The translations under genes were made by a program, and so were the position numbers. 64,000 bases of DNA, taken from Sphyrna mokarran (Eukaryota). Of this stretch, positions 11,480 to 24,450 are shown one piece after another (position 1 is the first letter of the stretch; each line of letters starts with the position of its first letter). Under the pieces are notes generated by a model. The model was given only the letters and a program-made list of their open reading frames with translations, searched no databases and was not told where the DNA came from. The stretch is taken from the NCBI GenBank assembly GCA_024679065.1, contig JAGIQG010000008.1, positions 82,894,001-82,958,000 of the forward strand, in the 5' to 3' direction.

Positions 11480-13681
11480 AATTAAGCAGTGGCTGTGCGA
11501 ACAATGAAGGCAAACCGATGTTCAAACCCTTTGATAAGATTGCAGGATGTAACATTTTCACATAAACATAAATTTGGTTTCTGTAAAAAAATGAATATAT
11601 ATATGGTGCGCATTTTGCATTTTAAAGTTTATATTTGAATACATTACTTTTGATAAAAAAAGTGGGAGAAAATAAAATTCTACTAATAAATATCAACCTT
11701 CACAAACTATCATGGTAAAATGTGTTACTATGCATCAAAGGCTGGAATCTCAGTGTTTCACTCCGTTAGGATTTCTATTCAGCCATTTATATGTAACATG
11801 ATGATGAAGTGCCACATCCATCAAACAAGAAATGCAGCTCTACGTGTCATATCGGAAATGCAGCATGCAAATATGGACATTTCTAGAATTAATCAAATTC
11901 AATCCTAACTTTGTGTTTCACTATTAGAATGTAATTGAATGAACTTGCTTGTAAATCTCAGGAATCAGAGAAAATGGTTGCTTTTTGGCTTGCAACATGA
12001 AATAACCCTTGATGTCTTGTAATGTGGACTAAATCATTAGGGTTACTGATTTATGGCAATTATAATAGAAATACAAATTAACATTCAAATAATTATGGAA
12101 TGTCTGAACTATTGTCAGATTCAAATTGTGTGATTTTTATTGGTAAGAGTAAATTAGTAGTCTTGGCATATATTACTCATTCAATTTAACATTTTGTAGG
12201 ATCTGTAAATGGTAATATGGAGGATACTGTTCCAGGCAAATAGAAGGTATATTAGATTTACTAGGGTAGAGAGAAGTAATTTGGCTGGGCAGCTTGGTTG
12301 GGCAAGGATGCCTGGCCTGCTACAGAAATATTGCAGTAAATGTAGTACTTGAAGGCTTAGGCCCAATGAACATGGGCATTACCAATCAGCCTCTCAACTT
12401 TCACCATGCTGTGGGTCCACCTGGCATGCATGCTGGCTTGCAAGTCCAATGCTGGATGCCTAGAGTTTCCAATTTCCCTCCTCTCCCCCCTCCCCCAGAA
12501 CTCCCTTCACAAATTGCAGTTAACAGTGCAATGGTTGATAAGAGCCACTGTAGTTGTTTACCACCATTCACAACTGTCGGACTTACTCTTCCCATCTTAG
12601 ATTGAAGACTTTGGAAGTGACAATTGGCTGGGGAAAGGCAGGAAGAAGGGATTATGGAGATAAACCATGATTTATAAGGAGGGGTGGTGAGATATTGGAG
12701 GAAGATTCAATTTAACAGACAAGGAAGGGGTAACAGGGGAAATACCACTCCCAGAGAGGGTGGATCTACAAGGCTCAAATATACCCATCATGGCATGCAA
12801 GTAGGGGAAGGTCATTCAGGTCACTGATTTCATGCTGGAATGGGTCTCGCAAGAATCTTTCGTCCACAAGAGACTAAGCGTACGTAGCCCAAAAAATGTT
12901 CAAGATGACCATCAATGTTACTTGATCAGATAGGGTTTATTAGATGGAGTCAGTAGAAAACCCATGAGGACATTATTCTCAGACTTGGCACAGGAAGCAG
13001 GCACCATGGAGCAAGCTACCTGGAAGGCTATTTCAAGACGATTTGAGTTCAGGAAAAATGAAGTCTTGCTTTCATTGCGTAGGAACTTTTTTCAACCACA
13101 TCTAGAGTACTGTCTGCAGATTTTGTTATGAATGGTTCTACAATGGCACTGCGCTGAAAGTCAAGATCAGTTGAATTCTAACAATAATTGAATCAGAAAG
13201 TGTAAACCTAATTTAATCACCTATTGAACAAAGATTCTTTCCTTATCTTAGATTTCCATTGTTAATTCTTGTGATCATAATATAAACTTGTTGCTCTATA
13301 ATTACATGCTCCTCTCAGCATGGCTACTACCTGACTCTACTGGCAAGTAGATGCAAAAACTGTGTTACATGTTTACATAGGCATCTTTGTTATAAATATC
13401 AACAGAAATTTACGAAAAAAATTGACTGAAGTAGGTGCAATCACGTATATTTAATTAGGATCAAATGGACAAGGAGTAGGAATAGATCAATCATATCCTC
13501 AAACCTGCTCAACATTTAGTAAGATGGTAGAGCAGGCAAGCAGGTAAAATTTAGTCATAGATTTTAACAACACAGAAAGAGTCCCTTCAGCTCATTGTGT
13601 CTCCATTAGCCATCAAACACCATCCAATCTACTTTAACCTCACCTTCCAGTACTTGGTCCGATTCAAGGAATCATCTAAAT

Positions 13682-13998
13682 GGCAGCATGGTGGCACAGT
13701 GGTTAACACTGCTGCCTCACAGCGCCAGGGACCCAGGTTCAATTCCGGCCTTAGTTAACTGTATGTGTGGAGTTTGCAAGTTTCGGCTGGGTGCTCCAGT
13801 TTCCTTCCAAAAATGTGCAGATTAGGTGGATTGGCATTGTTAAATTGTCTCTTGGTGTTCCAAAATGTGTAGGTTACAGGGATTAACAAGGTAAATGCAT
13901 GGGGTTACAGGGATAGGACAGGGAGTGGGCCTGAGTAAGGTACTCCATTAGAGAGTCAGTGCAGACCTCATGGCCAAATGGCCTCCATACTGTGACTC
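13682..13998 (+). mobile_element. HE1-like SINE, near full length
   Basis: ggcagcatggtggcacagtggttaacactgctgcctcacagcgccagggacccaggttcaattccggcc (A/B boxes), followed by the core. Confidence 0.88.
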
Positions 13999-14134
13999 TA
14001 ACTGCTTCTTAAATGTTCTGAGAATTCCCATCTCTACCATCCTTTCAGACAGTGAGTTCCAGATTCCCATCCCCTCTGGATGAAAATGTTTTTCCTCAAA
14101 TCTCCAATAAATTTCCTGCTCCCTAAATCTCCAC

Positions 14135-14445
14135 CCGGCTCCACAACAGCTCAGTGACTATCGCTGTGCTGTGCAGATACATGGATTTGGGCCTGTGTCT
14201 GTGGGAGTTTGCGCATTCTCCCCGTGCTTGCGTGGGTTTCTCCGGGTGCTCCGGTTTCCTCCCACATCCCAAAGATGTGCTCTTAGGCTAATTGGCAAAA
14301 CAAATTCTCCCTAAATTGTCTCAAATTTGGTTTTTAATCCATAGATCTACAAACATAGACAGGGATCACGGGTAGAGGTGGGAACATTGGGGTGGCGGCA
14401 CGGGCTCGTTGGGCCGAAGGGCCTGTTTCCTGTGCTGTTTTGTTC
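14135..14445 (+). mobile_element. V-SINE-like element (different subfamily)
   Basis: gggagtttgcgcattctccccgtgcttgcgtgggtttctccgggtgctccggtttcctcccacatcccaaagatgtgc; CR1-like tail gggccgaagggcctgtttcc. Confidence 0.7.
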
Positions 14446-15489
14446 TTTGTTCCCTTGGTTATTGATCCTTCTACTAAGGAGAAAGGTTTCTTCTTATCTA
14501 CCCTAATGACATCCCTCATAAATTTGTGCATCTTGTTGAGATCCTCTCTCAGCCTTCTCTGCTCTAAAGAAAACAATCCTAGCCTAAGAGCCTCTCTTCA
14601 TAGCTGAAACACTCTAGTCCAGGTAACATTCTGATCAATCACATCTACACCCTTTCTAGTGCAATCACATTCTTCATATAGGATGGCAGCCAGAATTGCA
14701 CACAAAGCTTCAGCTGTGGCCTAACAAGCATTTTATACAACTTCAGTCATAACCTCCCTGATGTTCTGTTATAAGCCAAGTATCACATATGTCATGAAAC
14801 AGGAAGGAAATCTGTTATCCATAACTACAGATCTCTGATCTTGTACTATGTGAAATTTAAAACTACATCAGCTTTTCTTCAATGGCTTTATGAACTTGCA
14901 CCTGTGGTTTCAGCAATTATGTACTTCATCCATTCCATCTCTACTTGCTTCTCTATCACCGTCAGCAACCTTCATGTTGTTCCCTTGTTTTCCTCCCAAA
15001 ATGTACTTCCCATAATTGTCTGCATTTGGATCTGTTAACAGTCTGCCAATTTCTCTAATCTGTGCATGTCCTTAAGTCTTTGCATTTACCTTGCTGATGA
15101 CAAGTCCCATACTTATTAAAAAACGTAGACTTGATCCATGGGGTAGCACTACTTCTAACACGATTCCAACAAACCCTCATTAACTCTAACACTTTGTTTT
15201 CTGTTTGGCAAATTATTTTCTATCCACGATGCTACTTTTTTATTTATAGCATATGCCTGGACTTTTGTCACTAGTATTCTATGCGACACTGACAAATGTT
15301 ATCTGAAAATTCACATACATCTATTGTATTCATTATTTGTACAGAATTGTACAGCATTTCTTTGAAAATAATTATATTTGTTAAACATGATGTTCCATTA
15401 ACAAATATATGCTGGGTGTTCTTGATTATTCAATGCATCCGTAAATACTCCTAATTTTATCTTGAATGATGGATTTTAAGAGTTTACCA

Positions 15490-16145
15490 ACACATGAACA
15501 AGGGGCAGTAGGCCATTTGGCCCCTTAAGCCTAATCACTTAATACAATCATGGCTGATCTGATAGCAGTCTCAAATCTGCACCTTGCCGATACACAATAA
15601 CCTATCACCCCCTTGCTTCCCAAGAATCTATCAACCTCTGCCTTAAAAATAACCAAAGACCTTTCAGGAACAGAGTTCCAAAGATTCACAACCCTCAATA
15701 GAAAAAAAATTGCTTCACCTTTGTCTTAAATAGACAAATCCTTATTTTTAAACAGTGACTTCTAGTTAGAGATTCTCCCACATCCACCCTCTCAAGATCC
15801 CTCAGGATCTTGTATTTCAATCAAGTCATCTCTTACTTTTCTAAACTTCAGCGGACATAAGCCTTAATTTGTCCAATCTGTTCTCATAACACAATCTGCC
15901 CATTTTGGGTATTTAGCAGGTAAAACTTCTGAATTGTTTTCAAATCATTACATTCTTCCTTAAATAAGGTGCCCAATACTGTATTCCAGATGGAGTCTCA
16001 CTAGTGTTCTGTATAACCGAAGTATAACGCCCTTATGTTGGTATTCAATTCCCCTTGCAATAAATGTTAATTTCTATTAGTTTCCTGATTACATGCTGTA
16101 CCTACTGTACACTCTAGCCTTTTGGGATACATGCAAATGGATATT
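15490..16145 (-). mobile_element. CR1 LINE 3' fragment
   Basis: 3' end gcagtaggccatttggcccctt...caatcatggctgatctg and gagttccaaagattcacaaccctc typical of shark CR1. Confidence 0.75.
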
Positions 16146-17609
16146 AGACTAATTTGTCTATTTGATCTTCCACCCTGCTAATGAATACACTTAATAATAA
16201 ATTGTAATACTGAATAGTCTAAAGTTTGATAATAAATCTGCTCAAATTCTCTGCCATCTATTCTGTGACTTCTTTCAAGAATCTATGGTATATATGCTGA
16301 ATTATAACTGAGATGTGTGATTTATTTTCAGAACCAAATCCTACATTATCCCAAATAATGTTTCCACATAATTCCACAAAGCTATCTCTTTCACTATCAT
16401 TTGAAAAATACTTACAATCACTACTAAATCTTCCATTTGTAGAACAAATCTCCCTCTGATCCTTGGCAGGCATACTTTAATCTTTTATGTTTAACATATT
16501 TACAAAATGTTTACTTTATTATTTTTCATATTTTATTTTAGTGTATCTGATTTCATTTCTGTCATACATTTTCTACCTCCTTCATATTTTTTATTACATA
16601 TTGTTAATATTGCATTAGTTTAACCTTTTAAATTCCTGTTAAGTTTTACTTAATACTATCTTTTGATTCGGATTATTTTCACTATAAAAGAATATATCTG
16701 TTTTGTACTTTATCCATACCATATTTATAAGATTCCATGTTGCTGATCTCAGCTGTTTTACTGAATTTATTATTTTTCTAGTCCAGAACCTATATTTTTC
16801 ACTTACTCATCATTTTCTATTTTCATATTGAGCCTAATGTGGTCACTTTCCAATTCTTCCCTTGTTCTAACATCAAAGCTGATTCAAAAAATGTTTTCCT
16901 TCTTTTTGTATTAAAATCATGCCAAGATCAGAAGCAGTCCTGGATGTTTTCTACAATGCATATTCCACTTTGATCAAATGCATTGTCTTTATGTTAGTCT
17001 ATCCTGGAGCAATTAAAATTGCAAGTATTGTTGTCATCTTGGTCTTGCCCATGTCTCTGAACTGACTAAAAAGATCCCTGATGATCTTGTCTCTGCTGTT
17101 TGGTGTACTGTCTACCGGCAATTGAGAATTTTACTATTTCTCTGCAGATTGCTCAACTTATTTATCTGGATTATATTTCAATCCAACTATTTGGAACATA
17201 TGTACTTTCTAGAACTTTAATAAGATCTTTTACTACAATGAACATCCATACTTCCTCCTCTTCTCTTTGCATGAAAATGTGTGAAAGAAAAAATATGTTC
17301 CCAGTCTTGTCCAATCTGAAAAAAATTATATACTTTAATTCTCTATAATTATTAATATTTCTGGATGCTCTGCATATTTACATACATATTATGTTAACTT
17401 GTTTTTGAAAGGTGGAACATGTGGGCATTGTTCTTTGTAAATACTTTGTGACTGTTTTCACAAAAGAAAAAAATAAAAGTGAAAGTTTATTCATTAGTCA
17501 CAAGTAAGGCTTACATTAACACTGCAATGAAGTTAATGTGAAATTCCCCTGGTCGCTGCACTCCAGTGCCTGTCCAGGTCAATACACCTAACCAGCACAT
17601 CTTTCAGAT

Positions 17610-19095
17610 GGAGATGATGCAATATGTTAAGGAGGAGAAATGTGAAATATTGTAAGGGATACATATATCAAGAGGGGCAATATCAACATGTCTAACATCT
17701 TGGGAATAGATAAATCACCAGGCCCGGAAGAAACGCATCCCAGGCTGTTAACAGAAGCAAGGGAAGATTTAGTAACAGTTCTGATAATCATTTTTGATCT
17801 CTCTGTCTCCAGACATGGTGCCACAGGACTGCAACACTGCTGCACTTGTACCATTGTTTAAAAGGGGACAAAGGGATAGACTAAGTATGGATGATATTGG
17901 AATAGTGTAGGTTAGATGGGCTTTAGATTGGTTTCAAAGGTCGGCGCAACATCGAGGCCAAAGATCCTGTACTGCATTGTAATGTTCTATATTCTAAGCA
18001 CTTACTGTTAGTCACCCTGACTTAAATCAAAATGTTCTAGAAAAACGTCTAAGGAATAGAATTAATTGTCAATTAATCAAGGACAGTAAACATTGATTTG
18101 TTGAAGGAATGTTGTGTTTAACTTGAATGATGTTTCTGAAACGATAACAAGGAAGGTCCATTACAGCAGTATATTTAATGTCATCCAGAGTCCCACATGG
18201 CAGACTGATTGGAAAAGTTAAAGTCTATGTAGTCCAAATGAAAATGGCAAGATGGTTTCAGAATTTGGTCAGCTGCTGAAAGCAAGTGGTAATAGTCAAT
18301 CCGTATTTTTGAGAGTGGAGGGCTTTTTCCATTGGGTTCAACAGAACTCAACAGTAGATTTTTTTGTGGTGTATATTAATGGCAAACTAAGAGCTGGCAC
18401 GGTGGTTAACAATGTCACCTCACAGCACCAGGGACCCGGGTTCAATTCCGATCTTGGGTGACTGTCTGCGTGGATTTTGCATGTTCTCTCTGTGTCTGCC
18501 TGGGTTCCTTCCAGGTGCTCCAGTTTCCTCCAAAGGAGTGCAGACGGATTGGCCATGCTAAATTGCCCCTCAGTGTTAGGGGAATTAGCAGGGTAAATAG
18601 GATTACGGGGAGAGTGCCTGGGTGGGATTGTTGTCAGTGCAGCTCGATGGAGCAAATTTTCTCCTTCTGCACCGTAGGGATTTTATGATTCTATAAGACA
18701 TAAATGGTTTTAAAAATTCAGATAATACAATGTCACTGTAGTTGACAGAGAAAAAGAAAATTGTAAATTGCAGGAAGATGTCATTGAGATGGTCAGATTG
18801 GCTGAAAAGTGACAAATAGAATACAAGTGCCAAGAGAATACATATTAATGGTAGGATACCGAGAAATGCAGAAGAAGGGTATAAGCCTACAAATCTTTGA
18901 GGTAAAAGAACAATAGATAAGTAGGTCAGATGTATTAGGCACCATATGGGAGTATCTGCCACTTTAAGTTGAGGCTTAGAGTTTAAGAGGAGGGAGATAA
19001 TGCTAGAACTGTATAATACACAATTTAGGCTGCAGCTAAAGTACCACAGAGTTCAGACCACATTATAGAAAAGATATAATTGTTTGAAAGAAGGT
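17610..19095 (+). mobile_element. Decayed CR1 LINE RT region with nested SINE/LINE-tail insertions
   Basis: gatagataaatcaccaggcccgga (DKSPGP), ttgtttaaaagggg.caagggata, and gagataatgctagaactgtataataca (EIMLELY) remnants. Confidence 0.7.
18392..18693 (+). mobile_element. HE1-like SINE
   Basis: ggcacggtggttaac...cctcacagcaccagggacccgggttcaattcc; tail gggattttatgattctat. Confidence 0.85.
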
Positions 19096-21848
19096 CAAGA
19101 AACCTAATCTCTCCAATCATGTATTTACTTCAGATGACTTGTTATTTCTATACTTATTAGCATGTGTCACTGGGAATAATTCCAGGATAATTATGTTTGA
19201 AGAGTTATTTTTATATTTATTGCCTAAATCTTAAAATGCCATTTATACAGATGCCAAATTCCATTCATTCCAAATAGTCCCGATATAAACCATGACTTCT
19301 GGTTTTCCCGAAGAATGTTGTAAGTACTGGAGAATTTTTGTTTTCAGGAAAGTTTGGAAATAACGGGATTGTTTTCTTTGAAACAGAGGAGATTAGATTT
19401 AAATTAGGTGTATACAATTATGACAGGCCTAGATAAATGAATAGTGAAGATCTATTTAATTTGTAAAGAAGTTATTACACTGCCAGAAGACATATCCCAT
19501 TCATAACTCTAAACATGGACTGCATTCACTATATTATTTTCTGGAACTGTTTTTTATTTTAAAATGAACATTAACAGAAGCTAATCCGGCTACCAAGTGT
19601 CAGGTGACTTTCACAACTTCTGCTCAAGCCTCTGGAAACTGCTTGATTGAATACCACAGGTGAACATACAAATAAGGATCAGGAGTAGGCCATTCAGCCC
19701 TATGACCCTGCGTCATCATTTAATAAGATCATGACTGAGGTGGGAAATTTCCTCTTCAATAGGCATACTAAAGTGAAACCATTTATGAGATTTACACTGC
19801 TTTTGTTCGTGGTTTATTGTAACTCAAAATCTATGGATCTACTGTCTCCAAGCTTGATAGTTAGCAAAAGAGAACTGGAGAAACCAGTTCATCACATTAG
19901 ATGTGAATGGTCATAATCCATCTCCCATGACTTCAGGCCTCTAAACCACTCTGAGTAGATAACTTCAGCTGAGCATGTGACAAAACTAACTTCAGATGAC
20001 AAATTCTTCTTTCCCAAAACCAGAGAGAAACTGGTCTGTCTACGCAGAACAACTGCAAGACATCAGCTGCAGAAAAAGGCAGTAGGTCCACACCTTTTCA
20101 AACATGGAGACCACTACATCTTAAAAAGCCTGGTTCCTATTCCGAGTTCATTTGCACAGAAACTTGACTCCCTGGTAAAAAAAACCACAAGTAGCCAACT
20201 TTATGACCTGCTAGAAAAAGTCTGCCTCCAAGGGAATCCTGTGGCAACTCTGACATGTATCTCTGGTAACTGGAATCTACCTAGGCTAACCCTTTAGGAG
20301 TGATAATGCCTTTTTCAACAGGCCCACAAGATTGCAATTTTCTATAAAAAAACAAATATATGAACTGTTCTTTTACAACTTGTAAGAGTGAACTGTCCTC
20401 TTTTACCTATATTTATCTCAAGGGTATATGCGTGTGTGTGCTGAGTGATTGACATAATGTAATGTGCTAGCGATGTTAGCAGGCCTGGAGACTTCACTCC
20501 TGGGCTAGCTAATCACATTTAAATTTTATGCAAATGACTTTGTAAATACTTCTTCGCGCCTCCTCACCTATTTCTGGTGTGGACCTGATGCTGCCAGAAA
20601 TCCGGGAGACGCTGGCAGGGCATAAATGCGCATGCGAATCCCACAAATCGGCTGACACAAGAATCTCCCAGCTAATTTTTTAATGCAGCGGGATAGGAGA
20701 ATCACAGCCTACATGCTAGCTGGATACTTTACACAGATGGAAACAATGAATTGAATGGTATTACATGGATAAAAATTACTAACAGTTCATTACACAAAGT
20801 GTCACTAGAAATTGAAAAATGCATTACACAGAGGCTGACAAAGAGAGCAATATTTAGTGTTTTCAGCATCAGATTCTGTCCATTACTTCATGAAAACTAA
20901 AAATGAATACTTTAGGATGGGTCAGAAATCCATCAACCCATGATGTTAATTAAGTGAAGAATCAGTAATGGAATGAGAAGGGGAATGGCTGTAATTATTG
21001 AACAGGGGAAAGAGGAGAATCTGAGAAATATTAAAAATTGAGCAAGTAGGGATGGAATAGACATTAATAGAAGAAGGGAATAATGAGAAGATTCAGTAGG
21101 AATGATGCTAGCACTAAGTAAGGCAGAGACAAGGGATAGCAAGAGAAATATAAAAATATCAGAAATTAGCAAACATTCTTTAATAGAAAGCAAAAAACAA
21201 TTCCATCCGCTTCTGTGATATTCTAACTCTGCAAATTTTGCACTTCACAGACTTGGATGAAAGGGAATTTAAATGTTACGAACAATGTAGGAACTTTGGA
21301 CAGCTTGTCTGTCCAAAGATCCTGACGTATACTATCATCTTTGAAGGCTTTTCCAAGCTTAATTTTAAATTTTATCATGGCGTTACCTTCCACCTCAAAA
21401 CTTCTGCACTTCCAACTAGTTCAAGTTCAAGAACTAGTTCGTAGGGCAGAAAATGATGAGAAATCTCAGCAGACTGACAACTTCTGTGGGGAGAGAATAG
21501 AACTAATGTTTCAAGTCTGGATGATCCTTTTGTCAGTGCACCTGAACTTAGTTTAAGTTTGATATAGTCACATTGAGAAATAATTTTCCTGACTTCATAC
21601 AGTATATTGTTTTCTTCACATGGAAAAATGTGTATGAGTGGCTCATTTCACAAAATGTATACACACAGAACTGGTCCCACATACTCAAGACACTAACACA
21701 ATGTGTACATACTGCTTTCACACAAAGTCTGGTCCCAAGTTCATTATCTAGCTTTCCTAAAAATTTTGCTCTTGTTTCCTTTGGTTCATCATGTCCTCCT
21801 AATACACATCGTGTGATCAGTTTTCTATTCTTTTTGTCAGATTCATAC

Positions 21849-21971
21849 CTTTTGTCTGACTGCATGCCTTGGTTTTGTTGGCTGTTGCTGGTCTGTAGAT
21901 CAGGAATATTTGCAAAGTCATCTTGTTCTGTCAAACCCATAACCAGGGAAAGGACCACCATCCGACCTTCA
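21849..21971 (-). CDS. SYT7: Synaptotagmin-7 internal linker-region exon (123 nt, phase 2-2)
   Basis: Peptide EGRMVVLSLVMGLTEQDDFANIPDLQTSNSQQNQGMQSDKR matches recalled SYT7 EGRMVVLSLVLGLSEQDDFANIPDLQNPGTQQNQNAQGDKR (also 41 aa). Acceptor tttcttcAG (21973-21972), donor AG|GTATGA (21848-21847). It joins the upstream exon in frame (CT+T = Leu, giving ...KSFL-EGRM...). Confidence 0.93.
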
Positions 21972-22250
21972 CTGAAGAAACCCATTCAGAGGAACAGGGC
22001 AGGGAGAGAGAGATAAGTAAGACAGAAAGATTCCAATATGCAACAGGTAGAGGTAAAACTCTGGTCTGGACTCAACTGCACCAAATGGGACTAGTTTGGA
22101 ATTAAGGTTTTAATGGAGATGGAAAATACAGGGAATAAAATTTGGAGGTAAGTGTGCATGCCATGGAAGATGCAAGTTAAAAGAACAAACCCATTTTAGG
22201 TCCAGTGGAAAAGGAACATTAATGATCATAATTGTGCAATTTCAGATACA

Positions 22251-22360
22251 TGGGCAGAATTTTACACTCCTCCCGCCGATGGAATTTTCTGATCCCACCC
22301 AAGTCTATGGACTTTGAGTGGCTCAACGTATTTACTGGCCCCATTGCATCAGGGGCAGAA
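22251..22360. mobile_element. Short MITE-like remnant with GGGC(A/G)GAATTTT-type termini (Harbinger-like); relatives at ~2214-2341, 8387-8434, 20480-20710, 28990-29109
   Basis: gggcagaattttacactcc...ggaattttctgatcccaccc; 8387-8434 is a short palindrome ggtgggattt...aaattccacc. Confidence 0.45.
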
Positions 22361-22480
22361 GTGATGAATAAAATAAGCACTTGATTTAAATCTGATTCAT
22401 TATGATTTCAAATGGATTTGATTTGAATACCTGCATGAGACTTCAAATGAAAAATCTTTCAAATTCTAAACAGAAATATT

Positions 22481-22660
22481 CTGGTCTCAGCTGGGATGGT
22501 GGTAAGGACACTACAATAGGCCTCAGTACCTTGAGCTAAGGAAGGTTCCCGCTTCTGAATGTTATCCAACTACTCCTGCTGGAAAGTATGAATGGGTCAA
22601 TATCAGACGAGGACAGGATTGGGCTCAGCTGTGTTGCTCCGTGCAGTCGAATAGTCTGTG
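22481..22660 (+). mobile_element. LF-SINE-like fragment
   Basis: tctcagctggg...ctacaataggcctcagtacc...cctgctggaaagt...gaggacaggattgggctcagctgtg...gtcgaatag resembles the recalled LF-SINE body. Confidence 0.6.
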
Positions 22661-22919
22661 TCAAATATCTTGTGTGTTTAAGTTGCAAAGAAATAAATTG
22701 CATGTTAGAGACAGGTCTTAACTAAAAATAAAGGACAATGCATAAACATTTGGAATGAACAGAATAGGTATAGAATAAAACTGTCATTGAATTTCAGCTC
22801 TCACAAATCCTCTGCTTAAAAGTCATTTGTATGCATAAGTTATAACATATGCATTAAAAAGTAGCATACTTCAGTTTCAGATTTTCACCCCTTTCAAGTT
22901 TATCTTTTCTCTCTCTGAA

Positions 22920-23251
22920 GTGCTGATAGTGGAACCAATCCCACAGGCAATTGCCACCCATCTCATCCAAGTAGCTATTAGATACGTGTGATCTGAGATA
23001 GCAAATGCTGAGGGTGTGGGGTGCACCACAGTTAAGTCTGATCCTGTCCCTGGATCCACACATATTCCAGCCTGGTAGAGTTCATAAACGTGAACCAGAG
23101 GTGATATTTCCTCTTGTAGCCTAAGGGTGCTGAGGCAAATTGGAGATCAATAGCTGAGATCAGCCTAGAGGTTGAATGTGGGACCGTCCTGATGTTTGTC
23201 TCAGTTCCACACTTAGCTGCATTCCTTATAACTGAGACATCAGGGGAGCCC
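22920..23251 (-). mobile_element. LF-SINE-like element, near full length
   Basis: Minus-strand head GGGCTCCCCTGATGTCTCAG; body gctgatctcagct...caatttgcctcagcaccctt...gggacaggatcagacttaactgtg. Confidence 0.6.
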
Positions 23252-24144
23252 ATTTTCAATTAATTTACTTTTGAGCCTCTTGTCAGTTTTAGCTTAAAAA
23301 AAACAAGCCAGATAGAAAGCATCTAACAATTATTGCAGAGAATGTACTCTCAGTGAAAATTAGGGACCAAATGTAACGTTACCAAATGTTTAACAAATGT
23401 TTTGCACACTCATTCACAGTTCACCTTGTTCACTGGTTATATAGATTGACAAGTGCATTTGGGAAGACAGGAGAGAAATACTACAGATCACACCAGACCA
23501 TCTCCAGGTGCAGCTGAAAGAGACACAGAACTAAATCTTACAAAGCTCTGAAAAACACATGTTTTTGAAACAAGAACTGTCAATTTTGAAATGAAAATGA
23601 GTTACAGGAATTAGGAGTAAACTTCAAATCTGGGATCTTGTCATGAAAAATTGGTTGTAAACAGAAAACGAAGAACATTTGTTAAATATTACTATTCAGT
23701 TAGATCAGGATCACAATGGACACATCCAGAATTGGGCAATATTGACTCTTCAGGACAAAGCATCAGTAGTATCTAATTCTGTGTCTTCAATGACGTTCAA
23801 AAATTTTCTGACATTTTTGCATTTTTTAAGCATTCCCATTGTTCTGGCAGCTCAGTGAAGACAGCTAGATCATATTACATGAGACTGATATTGCACCATG
23901 CTTAGTTAACATCTGTCCCAAATTTCAAGTCTCTTCTGCTGCAATGGGAATGGGCACTCTCTCATGTAATAAATTCTACTTTACAGTCTGGAACTATAAG
24001 ACCTCAAATATTGGAGGTAACAGGTCATTTAATCCACAACCGTAGAGTTGTCAGTGCCATGTATTTACTTCCAAGATACCCAGTGATTACCCAAAAAAAA
24101 CTCACTTTAGAAAAGGCAAAGGTTTGATATAATTTTTTAAAATA

Positions 24145-24450
24145 TATTCATTTGCATCTTTTGCAACTGTTATACGCCTTAAGGCATTTTACAGCCAATT
24201 AAGTACTTTTATAATTATAGTTAAGTATTATAAGGTAGGAAATGAGGCAGTCGATTTATGCATGGCATGCTCCCACAAACAGCAATGAGATTATGAGCAC
24301 ATAATCTGGCTTTGTGCTGTTGTTTAAGGAATAAATATTGGCCAGTACACAGGGGATAATTGCCCTGTTCTTCTTCACAATGCAATGGAAACCTTTTTGT
24401 CTTCCCAAGGTGGCAGATGGGGCGTGGTTTCATATCTCATCTGAAAACTG
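24145..24450 (-). mobile_element. Deu-domain SINE (SacSINE1-like)
   Basis: Reverse complement shows cagatgagatatgaaacc...gaagaagaacagggca...ggccaatatttattcc...cattgctgtttgtgggagc...aaagtacttaattggctgtaaa, i.e. a Deu domain plus L2-like tail. Confidence 0.75.

Larger units (their letters stand above)
13555..15480 (-). mobile_element. Old CR1 LINE 3' portion interrupted by SINEs
   Basis: ORF 14334-14576 FSLEQRRLREDLNKMHKFMRDVIRVDKKKPFSLVEGSITKG is a CR1 ORF2 C-terminus; decayed RT sequence continues to ~15480. Confidence 0.7.

Noticed and set aside
13682-13750. tRNA-like A/B-box sequences (also at 18392 and 53040)
   Set aside because: These are SINE heads followed by SINE core and tail, not tRNA genes.
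1-21848. Search for the next SYT7 exons (...SSVSDLVNSLTSEMLM and the C2A domain)
   Set aside because: Not found by eye or in the ORF track; they probably lie beyond the window start.
21573-22016. 147-aa plus-strand ORF overlapping the SYT7 exon
   Set aside because: Antisense to a real exon, no recognisable domain and no supporting splice or start context.
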